DNA of 64,000 nucleotides, from assembly GCA_976551045.1 (NCBI GenBank), contig CDPCPM010000106.1:21886001-21950000 (forward strand). Direction: 5' to 3'. The stretch is from Glaucostegus cemiculus (lineage: Eukaryota). Under the pieces are notes generated by a model. It searched no databases. It was not told where the DNA came from and saw only the letters and a list, made by a program, of their open reading frames with translations. The translations under genes and the position numbers were made by a program. Each line of letters opens with the position of its first letter. Position 1 is the first letter of the stretch. Below, piece by piece: positions 13,149 through 26,561 of this stretch.

Positions 13149-13429
13149 CTGTTGCAACAGAAGAACAAGTTTCAAATATTAATTTCAGTTGGCCTTTCAG
13201 CTTCTTTTACATAACCTTAATATATGGTTGAAAAAAGACCCTGAAAAGCAGTGCAAGATCAATAATGAAACTGATATTGGTCATAAATGATCACAGAGTT
13301 AAGCTTATTATTCCTTTGACAAGAGGAGTGATTCCACTGGAGAGGCCACTGGAGTCCACAGTGCATTTGAGAATCCATGAGGAGAATGAACTGTGCCTCA
13401 AATTACTTAGATGGGACCAAATGAGACAT

Positions 13430-13885
13430 GTTTAATAAAAAGGCATTGCAATGGACATAGACCAAGACAAATATCAAGTGCTGCTGTAAGATCATCAGTG
13501 AAAAATGCACTTTGGTCTGCTCAGTACTTGGTTTTCCAGCGCAACAAAGTGTCTGTAAGTGAATGCTACCGACTGGCACATTCCAAACTGCAGCAGTATG
13601 TGTCATGGGACACCCTGAAGCTTTGTGAAGCCAATGCAAAGGTTTTGTTGAGAAAGGACAGAAATCTAAGGTCCTGCCTCCACTAGACATTGAGGAGCTG
13701 AATCCTGTGTAACATCCCCTCAGACACTTGAAGGGTGTATTCAAGGAGGCTATGAGTGGCATTGGTGTCTTGTAAATAGTATTGACTTGATGATACTATG
13801 AATGTAAAGAAAGACATATACTGTTTATGTTGTATATCTTGTATATATTTTAAAGAATAAAGTTTATTTCTGAAATAAAAATAAT
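13430..13885 (+). mobile_element. Tx1-like (L1 clade) retrotransposon 3' fragment in FUCA1 intron 2
   Basis: SSVKNALWSAQYLVFQRNKVSVSECYRLAHSKLQQYV...LKL resembles the Tx1 ORF2 C-terminus, followed by AATAAA and an A-rich end. Confidence 0.7.
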
Positions 13886-14199
13886 TGTGAAGTATACAAC
13901 TCACTTTACAAAGTGCCCAATCATTGCCCTCAGCAATGTATTTCAATGGAGAAGATTCAGGTTCAATCTTTACATAAAGAAACCGTAGCTTCTCACAGCA
14001 GTCCTTGCTTTCAGGCACACTTCAGCCCTTAATTAGCAAAATGGATTTGCTGTATGAATTTCCAAGAGCTGTAAACAAAAATAACCTTGGCATCTTTGTC
14101 AAGATGTTTCCCATTATAACTATATCTAGAGGAAAACATCCCTGTTCAATTCAGAAATATTACAAAAATACACTAAAGGTCTAGTTGAAATAAAGATCA

Positions 14200-14790
14200 A
14201 CATACCATTTACCTTCCCATTTGCTTCCTGTCCTCACATATTAACTTCTGCCGTTTATAATACAAGGACACCCAGGTCCCTCTGAGTAGAGACACTTTTC
14301 AATCTCTCACAATTGAAATAATAATCTAATTTTCCATTTGTTCTACCAGACCTTTCATGTTTCTTCACATAATATTCAATCTGTCATGTCTTTGCCTATT
14401 CACTTAGCCTGACTACATTCTCTGAAGTCTCTCTGCATCCTTCTCACAAGACACACTGCCACCAAACTGTGCATCATCAGCAAACTTGGATGTGTTACAT
14501 CTGGACCCCTTTTGATACAGACTGTGAATAATTAGGGCCACAGCACTGAATCCTGTAGCATCCCAATAGGTACAGACTCCTACTCTATATGTTCTGCCTG
14601 TTAACTACACTTCCATCCATGTAGTGTATTACCCCAATCCCAAAGGGATTCAATAAGGTGCTTTCTGCACCTTATTGAAGACCTTCTGAAAGTCTAAATA
14701 AACTCTATGTGCTGTGATCCTTTATTTATATTGATAGTTACAACCTCAAAAATATTCAATGGATTTAACATAATCCCTTTAATAAATCCT
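14200..14790 (-). mobile_element. Old CR1 RT remnant (antisense)
   Basis: CATCATCAGCAAACTT is FADD on the minus strand; other RT motifs are decayed. Confidence 0.6.
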
Positions 14791-15383
14791 TTATTATGAA
14801 ATTCATAATTACTTTTTAAGCAGCCATGTGTTAAGAGGCAGCAAGAAAGATTGTCCAGAATCTATTAATACAGAGGCACCAGTCTTCAACCTATTTCTAT
14901 TGTTACCTATATTGACATTATGGATCCTCAGTCTAACCCCATTGAACTGACACAGATCACACTGAAATCATTCATAGACTCCTACTGAGCATAGCAGAAA
15001 TATAGCTGGGGAAATCTCAAAATATACAGAAAAACAATATTAATCTGGAAGGATCAGGGCTATGATATTTTTTTCAGTTAATTTGGGGAAGCAATACATG
15101 TGACATGACTATGAGGCAATATGGGATACTTGGCCAAATGTCGCAGAGACATCACTGCCAAGCTGGGCAACACAAAGAGCTCGAATATATAAAAGCACGT
15201 TAACAAGGGCACATCAAAACTCTGAGCCAGGAACATTGAAAAATGGATGGATACCCATGGTATTTACGAGATTGACAGCCATCAACAGCAGACTGGTGTC
15301 AATGGGCCAAACACCAAAGGAACAACACGTGCAAAACTAAAGCCATCAGGACCTTCCCCAAATACGTAATATTAAATACAGAC

Positions 15384-15518
15384 CGCTTACGAACTGCAGC
15401 TGCCAGGTCACCCACTAGATCTCGATGTGGACCTGTGTCAATTGAGTTCCAGTTCCAGGACACAGGCGATCCCCAATTTGTGAACCCTTCATGGTGCTTT
15501 GTTGTCAGCACCACATAT
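15384..15518 (-). CDS. FUCA1: Alpha-L-fucosidase exon 2 (135 nt)
   Basis: ttttaatttcag|A TAT GTG..., encodes [25 protein letters not shown]...AVRKR. Donor CG|GTCTGT keeps the frame with exon 3. Confidence 0.93.
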
Positions 15519-16056
15519 CTGAAATTAAAAACCACAGGAACACATTTAAATACAAACAATCAATGCTAATAGGCAAATAATTCTTGGATAGATCCAAGAG
15601 CTTTATTTCAGAAAAAATACAGACCAATGCCTACAACACAGCTTACAATTCGAGCTGTGTTCTTGGCATTTTAAGAGAGTTCTATAAATTAGAATGACGT
15701 GTTTGAAATTTTTAGTGCTCTTGATTTAGAGGTACTGTAAAGATTTCCTTTTCACCAATTTTTAAGGATACACAAGTATTATTAAGAAATACCATTCCTG
15801 GAACAAATCTGCATGCATTTAACAAAGATAAATAAACTGCCAAATTGCAGTACAAGTTACTCCACTGGTTTTACAAACAGACTCTTATCACAGAAGCCCT
15901 CACTAGGAAATGCCAGTCATCACATCTGAAGTACTGCAATCCTATTTATCTGTAACCCACTGCAATTTATCTTTGTAGTGACTACCTCAAATGGTTAAAT
16001 ACATTAACTAAATGGAACCTTTATCCATCAAGATAAAGTACATTAATGAAACAGAT

Positions 16057-16358
16057 GGCACGGTAGTATGGCGGTTAGCACAATGCTTTACAGCGCCAGC
16101 GACCCAGGTTCAAATCCGGCCACTGTCCGGCCAAACTCTGGGGAGTTTGTATGTTCTCCCCGTGTCTGTGTGGGTTTCCTCCGGGTGCTCCAGTTTCCTC
16201 CCACATTCCAAAGACATACAGGTTAGGAAGTTATAGGCATACTATGTTGGCACCGGAAGCATGGTGACACTTGTGGGCTGCTCCCCAAAAATCACTACAC
16301 AAAAGATGTATTTCACTGTGTTTTGATGTACATGTGACTAATAAAAATCTTATCTTCT
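16057..16358 (+). mobile_element. tRNA-derived V-SINE/HE1-like SINE
   Basis: A/B-box head (GGCACGGTAG...GGTTCAAATCC), conserved core and AATAAA tail. Confidence 0.85.
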
Positions 16359-16574
16359 TAAACAATATATCAAATGCAAAGATTATAAAGAAATCAATGT
16401 AGCCTCATCTCTGGTTTCAGATGCAATACTACCACAGAATCCTCAAGTAGTACTTCCCCATTTTGCTCCACCCATCCACCATCAATATTGTCTACCAATT
16501 ACCAATGAAACCAGATGGATTTGATTATATAAATCTCACCTGGGACGAAACTTATGGGAAAATATACTTTGAGT

Positions 16575-16875
16575 TATACAGCACAGAAGTAGGCCCTTCA
16601 GCACACCAAGTCAGCTATATATGACAATCACCCCATTTTATTCTCCCTACATCCTCCCCACCAACTTCTCCAGATTCAATCACTCACTTAAGCACTAACA
16701 GTAACCTTCAGTGGCCAATTAATTTACTAATCTGCACATCTTTGGGATGTGGGATAAAACCCATGCAGACACAGGGAGAACACGCAATATACACAGATAG
16801 CACCAGAAGTTGGGATTGAATTTGCATCCTCAGAGCTATGATGCAGCAGCTCCAATAGCTGTGCACTGTGCTACC
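16575..16875 (-). mobile_element. V-SINE-like SINE (older subfamily)
   Basis: Core shared with the copies at 9320 and 31600. Confidence 0.7.
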
Positions 16876-17283
16876 CATATGTGTTGGGATGAGCAATCAC
16901 AAATGCTTTTACACTCTTGAGAAATCTCTGCAAGAAGCTTTTGTATTTTCAGGTGCCACTAAACTGGAATGTTTCTGCTATTTTCTCTTTATATTTCAGG
17001 TTTTCAATTTTGATTATTACAGAAGAAATAATTGCTGATTTGCTTCGATTTTTACAGTGGAGACAAAAATCAATGAAGGGAAGCAAGTTAAAACACCACG
17101 CCTATCACAAGTCTGCAAGCCGTAAATCTCATGGAATGGGAGGACGACACTACTACGCCCTTCTGAGAGGAACTGGTGTGAAATTAGTCAGTATCGAGTT
17201 CAACACACTCCTTTCTAGAGTTGGGGAAAGGGAGTCACCAGCACCAAGCTTGCAATAACCGGTTCCAGGAGTCTTATGAGCGT

Positions 17284-17322
17284 GTCAGCTGATCATATCT
17301 CACGTGACCTGAGCGTCATGTG
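17284..17322. promoter_or_regulatory. E-box cluster including a CLEAR-like GTCACGTGA motif in FUCA1 intron 1
   Basis: GTCAGCTGAT (17284), TCACGTGAC (17300-17308) and GTCATGTG (17315-17322) within 40 bp. Confidence 0.5.
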
Positions 17323-17594
17323 GTTTAATAATGGAACTGGGAACGATGTTTCAAACCCAGCAATAAATGTGACAAAGGCGGTATTCCCCAGACTAAATAA
17401 AATGAATTAAACCCCTGAATTCCTCCAGCAGATTCGAGTGCTGTAAGGTCATATTTGTATTGATGATCACGTTATTGTGGCTTCTTTTAATATTTGCCTT
17501 TTGTCAACGTGGTAAATAGTAAAACAGGTTTGCAATCTCGACCTCTCGCTGAATGCTGACAGTCGCTAGGTTCTGACTGCATTTTTCACTGTAC

Positions 17595-17959
17595 CTGGCT
17601 CCCGATTCCTGGAACAGTTCCGCCCATTGATCCGGATTGAAAAAGGTTGCGGTGAATTCTGGAGCGAACTCGCTGTACTCGAAGCCCGGTGGGTAGTTCT
17701 TTGCCATAAACTCCACATATTTAAGTGAATGCGCCCCTTTCCAGTTCCACCAGAACCACTCGCTCCCGAAACTGGGCACAGAAAACACTCCCCAGTGGAT
17801 GAAAATCCCAAATTTACTCTCGTCGTACCAGCCGGGTAAAGGCCTGCTGTCAAGACTCTTCCAGTTCGGTTGGTAACGCCGATTGGAAGGATGCCCGGTA
17901 CATAAACAGCCAGTAAGGCAAATTAAACTAAAGAAAGTCTTCCACCCCATGATCTGCAT
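17595..17959 (-). CDS. FUCA1: Tissue alpha-L-fucosidase (GH29), coding exon 1. Full CDS join(17959-17595,15518-15384,13148-13011,12247-12142,10834-10634,9878-9688,8144-8045,5696-5556) = 1377 nt, 458 aa
   Basis: Signal-peptide-like N-terminus followed by [46 protein letters not shown], the GH29 N-terminal motif. Donor AG|GTACAG at 17595/17594. All 8 exons join in frame. Confidence 0.97.
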
Positions 17960-18707
17960 CCTTTGCGAATAAAGCAGGAAATGAACGTGCCTGTTACGTC
18001 ACTCCAAGTATCAGCTTTCAATAGAGCAGCAAGTGTTGCGATTAACTATGAAGACGGCAATGACCTCTCAAAAGTGGAATTTTTTAAGATGTCGTTTTTA
18101 TTCTAAATGCTATCGCTTAACACACGACGTGCTCGATTTGGATAAACATAGTTGCTTTGTATGTGAATTGTAATCGGGAACATGATCATTACTGACGTGC
18201 TAGCTTTGATGGGAATGGCACGACTTGATATGAAAACGTTGACTTGAATGATCTATTAAAATATTGGAATATTTTATTAATAAAGCATATTTAATAATTA
18301 CAAAAGTTTTCACATAAAGGCTGAATGGTTTGCCATATATATATATAGAAAGGACATCTTGGAATTTACTGCTGGAAACCAAATCATCCAAAATTATATT
18401 TCCTTATGTCAATTTAACCAATGTCTTTGCACAATACATGCAAATTTCTACTAACCTTATTAACAGGAATGTAAAGAGCCAATTAAATAATCACCATCAA
18501 AAGTTGAGCGCCCACTCTAAATTTCCTTTTCAAATATGAAAATCATGGTGAGGTCAAAGTTCATAATTGGTGGTTTGTGTGTTGTGCACCACTTGCAAAA
18601 CTGGATTCTGTTGAAGTCAATGCCCAGAATTTGCAGTCAATGACAATGGTTTCTGTTCTTCCTGACGTGGAGAAAAGAAAATATAACAAAAGATCATTAC
18701 TAGTGCT

Positions 18708-19120
18708 CCCTTCTATAACTTTTTTTTTAATTTAGAGAAACGGAGCTGACGACATTATATTGTTCTATTTCTATTGAAAATTTTAGCCCAGTTTTTTTTT
18801 CCTTGTTTTGTTTTTTTTTTCTTCTTTTTTTTAAATTCATTTTTGGTTTAATTTACTCTATATTATTATGATTTTTGTTTAATTGATTTGGTTTTTTTGG
18901 GTTTTTTTCTTATAACAAATCTTTTTCTTTTCTATCTTTCACATTACACTTATGAACCGAGAGATTGTTGGAACTATTTATTTTATATATATCATATTTT
19001 ATTGCTTTTTTTTAATGATTACCTATGATTTACTTGATATTTCTATAATACATGTGTAAACATTGTTGTTATATATTTTAACCTGTAATGATTTGTTATC
19101 AATAAAAAAGATTGAAAAAG
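18708..19120 (+). mobile_element. 5'-truncated L1-like 3' UTR insertion with TSD
   Basis: T-rich body ending AATAAAAAAGATTGAAAAAG, flanked by the direct repeat AAAGA(T/C)CATTACTAGTGCT at 18689-18707 and 19121-19139. Confidence 0.8.
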
Positions 19121-20922
19121 AAAGACCATTACTAGTGCTGATCAATGTCAGTTCAAGGGTTCTGCAGCCTTAATGATATTAAGCTGAATGAATTAAAAGA
19201 ATTTTCACAGACAAGAAATCAGGAAGCAATTTTTAATTAAATTTCTAAACATTACAAAGTGTGCCAAAGACCCGAAGGTCTTGATGTTGAGTGAAGCTGA
19301 AATATCATTAACTTAATTATTTTTAATAATATTTTTAAATCACATTTTGAAATATTCTTGAAAAACAAGGAAATTGCAGTATAATTTAATATTTAGAGCT
19401 ATACATTCCCTTCCTGAGCATTAAGGCCCTAATGACAGTCAGTTGATTCCATTGCATTCTTGATACCAGGCTCCCAAAACAGACACTCTATTCTGAGTTC
19501 TATGGGGGAAGAGATTACCAGGCAGCAATTGGAAAAGATTTAAGGATGCATTTAAAGCATCCTTGAAAACATCTGCAAGATTCCCACTGACTTTCGAAAA
19601 TCCTTCACACATGACCACTCAAAGTGGAGAAGGACCCACTGTTGTTGCTGAGAACTTTGAGTCAATGCATCAGGAGCATACAGAAGCCCTGCATAAATGG
19701 CAGGAAGAGCAGACCACCTCACAAACCACTCACCCTTCAGGCACCTCCTGCCTCATCAATGGAAGAGTCTGCAGCCTCCACAAAGGCTTTAATCAGTCAT
19801 CCCAGAACCCACAAAACCAGAATGAAGGCAAGTCATCTTCAATCCCAAGGGATAACCGAAGAAGAAGCAGTAATTATGGTGTTTAATATCATTAAAAACT
19901 TGCTTAGACTTCATGCAATTTTGCACAAGATTTTCAGGGTATTTTGTAATAGGATTAGTTCATAAATACCTTAAATCCACATCAAATTCAAATGATTGCA
20001 GTGCAGAAAGCTGCAAGCAGGCATGCTGAAACAGAGCAACTTCAGGATTTCCATTTTAAGCTATATGTGTGTGAAATAGTATAAAATGCATTAAAAAAAA
20101 GGAGCATAGGTCTTTGGAAGTGCAATGTAGAATATTGTTCTTGTATGAACTGAGCGCTAGTTGAATTGTGGAGCTGGTTTATTGGGCTGAATGACCTGCT
20201 CCTGTCCTTTAAATCTGAATGCACTTTAAACCATCAGTGCACATTGACAAAGCAATGAAAGTAACTTTGTTCACAAAACCCATAGGGCTGTTTATGATCC
20301 TGCATTGTAACTATAATCCACAGTAACACAGCCTAAAGGTTAAAGATGTTCTGCAAATGGTTTTGCTTGGAAAATTAACTAATTAAAAATATGTACATAA
20401 ATAGTACAAAATTCACCCCAGGTATGCACCTTCTGCCAGATCTGTCATTTATCACCTGTTATTTTTCAACATTGCTAGAGTTTAATTTCTACTGAACACT
20501 GTAAAATGTAGGTTTATTTTACAAATAATTACATCAGTCAAAATTTAAACCCAACAACTCTGATGAGTTAGGCAGCTTGTCTGACATTGATTATTAGATG
20601 AACAGAAATGTCCCTCCATGAAGTATTGAAAAACAACAAACCTTTAGTCTCTACCATGAATCCCCAGTTGCTGACTCTGTCCCTCTCTCTGGCAACTTTC
20701 TGAAGCAAAATAAAACTGCAAAATAAGGCTAAGTTTTTGACTCCTTGTATGCTCCTGCATCAAGAGTGCTCAAAACCATTTCCATAACATTGCTTCACTC
20801 CATCCCTGTCTCTCACCTGCTGCTAAGACCTTTATCCATGCCTTTGTTACCTCTGGATTTGATTATTACAAAAGGAACAGAAAATGCTGTTTTGGTTAAA
20901 TTAGCTTTTGATTAGTCAGTAC

Positions 20923-21830
20923 GTTTGAAGATGACACCAAAATTGCTGGCATAGTGGGCAGTGAAGAAGGTCATCGAAAATTACAGCAGGATCTAAATCA
21001 ACTAGAAAATGAGCTAAGGAACAGCAGATGGAATTTAACTTGGACTAGTGCAAAGTGTTGCACTTTGGTAAGCCAAATCTGTATAGGACTTGCACAGTAA
21101 ATGGAAGGGCCCTGGAGAGTGTTGTAGAACAAAGAGACCTAGGAGTACAAGCACACAGTTCCCTGCAAGTGGTGACACAGATAGACAGGGTGGTGAAGAA
21201 GGCATTTAGTAAACTTGCCTTTATCAATCAGGGCAGTGAGTACAAGAGTTGGGACATCATGTTACAACTGTACAAGACATTGGTGAGATCACACTTCTGA
21301 GTATTTTGTGCAATTCTAGTTACTGAGCTATAAAAAGGACATCATTAAGCTGGATGACCAGATTTGATTCACAAGGACGTTATCAGCTCTGGAGGGCACA
21401 AGGTATACGGAGAGACTGGATAGGCTGGGGCTCTTTTCCCTAGAGCATAGGAAGCTGAGGAGTGAACTTATTGAGGTTTATAAAATCATGGGAGGCATAG
21501 ATGAGGTGCATGGTCACAGTCTTTCTCCCAAGGCAGGGTTGTCTAAAACTAGAGGACACAGATTTATGGTGAGAGGGGAGAAATTTAAAGGGGTTTGAGG
21601 GGCAACTTCTTCACACAAAGGGTGGTGGGTATGTGGAACAAGCTGCCAGAGGAAGTGGTAGAGTTGGGTAGGATTGCAATGTTTTGAAGACGTTTGGACA
21701 GGTACATAGATGGGAAAGGTTTAGAGTGATAATAGGCGAAACTCCAGCAAATGGGACTAGCTCAGGAAGGCAATTTGGTCAGCATGGATGAGTTGGGCTG
21801 AAGGGCCTGTTTTCATGCTGTTTCATGCTC
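20923..21830 (+). mobile_element. CR1 LINE 3' fragment
   Basis: Starts FEDDTKI (decayed FADD); KCKVLHFG...QRDLGV...VVKKAF...LQLYKTLVR; CR1-type 3' end GGGCTGAAGGGCCTGTTT. Confidence 0.9.
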
Positions 21831-24574
21831 GGACTCAATTCAGCCTGGGTCAATGAGGACTTCTGGTCAGAAGAGTATAGATGGCCCTTTAATAAGGGCA
21901 TTGCAGCATTCTTTGTCATTTTCATTGTTAAAACTTGCCCTTACATAGTACCTTCAACATAAAACACCTCCAGGAATTTCTCAGCGATGCAATTAAGCAA
22001 AAGTTAGAATATGTTAACTTGGTCAAAGAACTGGATTCTCAAATGACTTAAAGGAGGAAGTTAGTGAGTGCAGGAGTTGGGGGGGGGGCACTGTGGCAGA
22101 GAAAGGAAGATGTCAGAAAATTTGAAGTTGAAATTACAGAATGGCAATAGTGGGGCAAAAGAAAATGGAGATGAGAAACATACCAAGAAGTCAGAGCAAC
22201 AGAATTTCCTCAAAGAGGGGCTTGAGGAAGGTATAAAAAGTGTTGAGAGTGGTACAAAGTGATATTTACAAAGTTATGGTACAAAGATAGTGATATTTTT
22301 GGTGAAGCTTCATTGTTTATTAATGTTATTTATAATCAGATTACAGCTTTATAATTGGTTTCATCTCACCAGAGTATTAGCCTCCTTTGAGAAGACTGCA
22401 GAAGTACACAATAAAGCCACGAGTCAAAATACAGCATCAAATTCATACAACAATGAAGTCTGTAACCTTTATACCTGGGATACTTTTATAGCATTAATAC
22501 TGTGCAATGGAAAATATCTCTGTCACAAGGATGTGACATCTTGTGGGAGACCCTGAAACTAGCAGGGTATCTATTGAAGCTTCAAAATATATTACAACTT
22601 GCCCAGGATACGATATGGGTAATCAATCAACAATAGTCGATTCTGCTATATTGAAAATACCATCACCAAGCACATAGTTCCAGTAACTGAAGCAGTTTGT
22701 GGGAAAAATGTGTATTTTCATTTCTCGGTTAATTATTCACATTTTTAAGTAAATGTATTCAATTCTATTCAATTTACATACAAACAAAAATCAATCTGGA
22801 CCGCCAACTTGGGCATGATGTAAAATCATTATTGGTTTAAAGCATTACAGGTACAATTATCAAAATCATATATAATCATTTAGAATACAACAGTTATTCA
22901 AGCCTAAAAATAAATAATTAGGCTGACGGCAATTCTCAAAGCAATCACCTCAGAACAAACACAGTCAGAATATAAAACAGATGTTACAATAGAACAAGCT
23001 TAACAATTTTGGCAAGATCAAAATCCAGTGAACATTAAAATATATAAAATGTATTTATGTATATTGCAATATCATAATCTTGACCTGTACATTTTAAAAC
23101 CATGATCACTTAAAGCATATCTATTCATCCTCCTTTCCCATGTAGCTCAATGATTTGGGTCCTCTTTGTATAAAGAATATTTAATAAGTAATACAAAACA
23201 TATATCCAGCAGTGCCCATGGTCATGGAAGGATCCAGTGAATTCGTAGGCATCCTACATGTGTGTTCAAAATGTCACCTGATTACTCACTAAGTTTCAAA
23301 GCAAAGGCATAAAGTCAGAGAAACAATTTCTAACAATGTTCTATACCTAGACAAGGAAATGGTGGGAATATGATCTGACAATAACTTAAACGTGAAGAAG
23401 AATTGTGAATGTGGGAATATATCAGTTGATGAATATCTCTGTAGTAATTAATGAGGCAAACAGAATATCAATGCTGTGAATATAAATGCAAGTTATTAGG
23501 GTATGAGTACGAGTAATATATTTGTTTATTCAAAGAACATTTTATAAATATCCAGATACCTTAACATGAGCCAACAAAGGTTTCTTCACTGAAGGTCAAT
23601 GAGCCGTAGAATGGAAGATATTTACCTTAACAAACTGAGGAGCAAAAGTAGATAATAATGCAGGACATTAATTTCCTTAACCAAGAAACAAATAATATTG
23701 TTTCATGCTAAGTGAAAATACCTGCAGATATGCTGCAAACAAATGATGATTCGACAATAATAAGCAACTAAAATGAGAAATGTTCTATCTCCTGCAAATA
23801 CCTGAATTCTTAATAGCAAACCAGGTAAACATATTGATGGATAAATAGATTGGTTCTGCCTGCAGCACCATTTCCCAAGTTGGAATTAATATGATAATAA
23901 AATTCTCCCTTCTCTTACCACAGACTTCTACATTTCTATAACAATCCAAACATATGGGCTCCACATTTTTGTTCATATCTGGTTCTGTGACATCTGGTTA
24001 TAAACATACAATTTGAAGTCTATTTTGAGGATAAGCATTTGTTGTGTATAAAAGGTATGTTGAACAGAATCATAGACTGGTTCCAGCACAAGGCCACTGG
24101 ACCCATCATGCCCATGTTGGCTCTCTACCACAGCAACATGATGGTGAACATCCAGAATTACAAATAATTTTTAATATTATACCATGACAGAAACCTAGAT
24201 ATTTCTTCAAATCTAATCCTGCGGATCCATTTTCTCTTTAACAAACGTGTTGTACAAGTTCTTCACCATAAGACTTAGTGCCTTGTAGTTTTAAATACAT
24301 ACAATATTCATCATGTAACACCTTAAAATAAACTTTTGCAATAGTAACTCAATACTTTGAAGAAATACCATCTCACCTTTCCTACTAAACAGAAATGAGA
24401 AACAACTAACAAATTGTTGGCATTAACATTTTGAGAGGTAAATAAATGTACAAATTGATGGAACCTCTATTTAGAACCCCTCAGTTACTCTTATACTTTT
24501 CTTCCTTTAACAGAAATGTTCCAGCACAGAATGTTTCCTCAGACACCCTTCTCAATTTTATCATGAACTTACAC

Positions 24575-24901
24575 TTACTCATCTGCATCATCCAGGATTT
24601 CTTCTACTGCATGAACTTTGTTGCTCCCTGGATCTTCTCCCCCTGAACTCAGGATCTGAGTGTCACCGTCAGGCTCTGTAGAAATCCAGCCAGATTCTTT
24701 GTCACTTTCCTGAAATTCCATGTCATTGTCTGGATGTGCATCCAAGTCGATAGGCTCATCATCAAGACCAGAATTCATTAGATTTATGCAGTTATTGCAG
24801 AGCCCAAAGGATCTGCCATCATGTTGTACAATTTTGGCTGCAATGCCAGTGAATGGCTTCCTGCAAATTTTGCAAATAATGACCTTTCTGGACTTGTGGA
24901 T
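24575..24901 (-). CDS. ZBTB8A: ZBTB8A last coding exon
   Basis: ttttcccag|ATC CAC AAG supplies the last His of finger 2, then CKIC...CNNC and an acidic tail ending EEILDDADE*. Confidence 0.92.
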   Translation of the reverse strand: MHKSRKVIICKICRKPFTGIAAKIVQHDGRSFGLCNNCINLMNSGLDDEPIDLDAHPDNDMEFQESDKESGWISTEPDGDTQILSSGGEDPGSNKVHAVEEILDDADE

Positions 24902-25764
24902 CTGGGAAAAGTTCAAACAACATAAAGACATGAATGAAACAAAAAAGGAATGCACAATTTCATTACGAACTGAAATAGAGTTATTGCTCTTGATCCTATA
25001 CTAACTGCTGGAGGAACTCACTGGGTCAGGCAGCATCTGTGGAAGGAAAGAGACAGTCGACATTTTGGGTTAAGATCCTTCATCTAGTTTATTGCTGTTG
25101 ATAATTTACATGGTGGGCCGAAGGGCCTGTATTGTGCTGTATTGTATTGTTCTATAATCACAGAGATAATAAGACGTTGTAAATGTTGAAAAGGAGGATT
25201 AAGTGATGATTTTAAGAAAAAATGAAAGCAAAGTCACGTTGTAATGCAAGCAAACAGCATCAGCTAAGAAAATCAAGACTCATCAATAATTCAAGTCCAA
25301 TTGCACCACTGGTAAATCAGAACGGTTCACTATTTACAATATATAGAAACACAATTGTGACAGTTAATAGCAGGATTCTCAGAGGCTGAGGAGAAAGGCA
25401 GAGCTTTAATAGTTTTAGAAGATTTTATGTCATAAATTGTTTGTGATTTAATGGATTTTGATGTTAGGTAGAACTGTTTATTCAACTTTCCCCTTACTTT
25501 GTCAATATCAACGAGAAAACCAGAAAAATTAGATTATGAGGCAGAAAAAGTGTTCCACAGATTAGTATTTGATGTTGTCCAAGTGACAATGCCAGTGTGG
25601 ACCAGCTGATGTTTCTGCCAGTTGCACCTTATTATTTACATTATTGTCCAACAGGTGCTTTTTTATTTAAGAAGATAATAGCATAAGTAAGGGGTTGAAT
25701 TCCTATGTCTATTGCCAAAAAAAAAGATTGTCAACTTTAGTAAACATTGAGACTTCACACTCAC

Positions 25765-25943
25765 AGTCAGGAGGTGACTGCGGAGATGCTCAAGTCGTGT
25801 GAATCTCTTTCCACAAGAATCACAAGGATATGGTCTCTCCCCTGTGTGTGATCGAAGATGTCGCTTCAAGTCAGATTTCCGCTTCACTGTATGTGTGCAG
25901 AAAGGGCACTTGAATTTCATCTTCGGTAATATATTGCAGTCTC
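25765..25943 (-). CDS. ZBTB8A: ZBTB8A second coding exon (179 nt), two C2H2 zinc fingers
   Basis: ttcctaag|GA GAC..., encodes [51 protein letters not shown]. Donor ACT|GTGAGT. Confidence 0.95.
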
Positions 25944-26561
25944 CTTAGGAAAAAATGCAGATGTTTAAATTAAATTGAAGATACTAGCAATTCTAAATCT
26001 GCATATAACTAGACCAGACAATGCAATACAAAAATGTGAATTATAACAATAGAACATTACTAATAGATTTTAAGCAGCTGAAAATCTAAGGAGGCTGATA
26101 ATATCTGACAATGAAAGTTGTATTCTTGTCAAAATCTATCTTACTTATTCAAAGTATTGATATACTCAAACCTATTGTTTTCCCTCTGTATACCTGACAT
26201 TTGCGCTTTACAACTTAATATTGGGCAAGTGTTTATATTTCCTGTCCTAATTTCTCCTCACAAAGCTGTCTATTTGATAACTTCCCTCCAAGACACATTG
26301 GAATGTTTACGTGCTTATATAAATGGAATCAGTTACAGTTGTAACCAAAAGGCAATTGGAATGGACAACAGTGCCTTTCAAACAAATTAATGGACTTTTG
26401 AAATGACTATGTACAATTAGACATGTATGCATTTGAACTGTATATTCATGGTTAAATGCCTTCAGATTAGTAAGGCAAAGGATAAAACAGATTTACATTA
26501 AGATGATGAGATACGCAAACACTAAAGACCAACACTTTGCCTCCACCTTTGCCATGCTTAC

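Noticed and set aside
16057-16135. tRNA-like A/B-box sequence (also at 39659 and 1180-1247)
   Set aside because: These are SINE heads continuing into the SINE core; no complete cloverleaf.
19563-19965. Two overlapping ~110-aa ORFs upstream of FUCA1
   Set aside because: No recognisable motif or splice context; probably a decayed transposon remnant, but the family cannot be supported.
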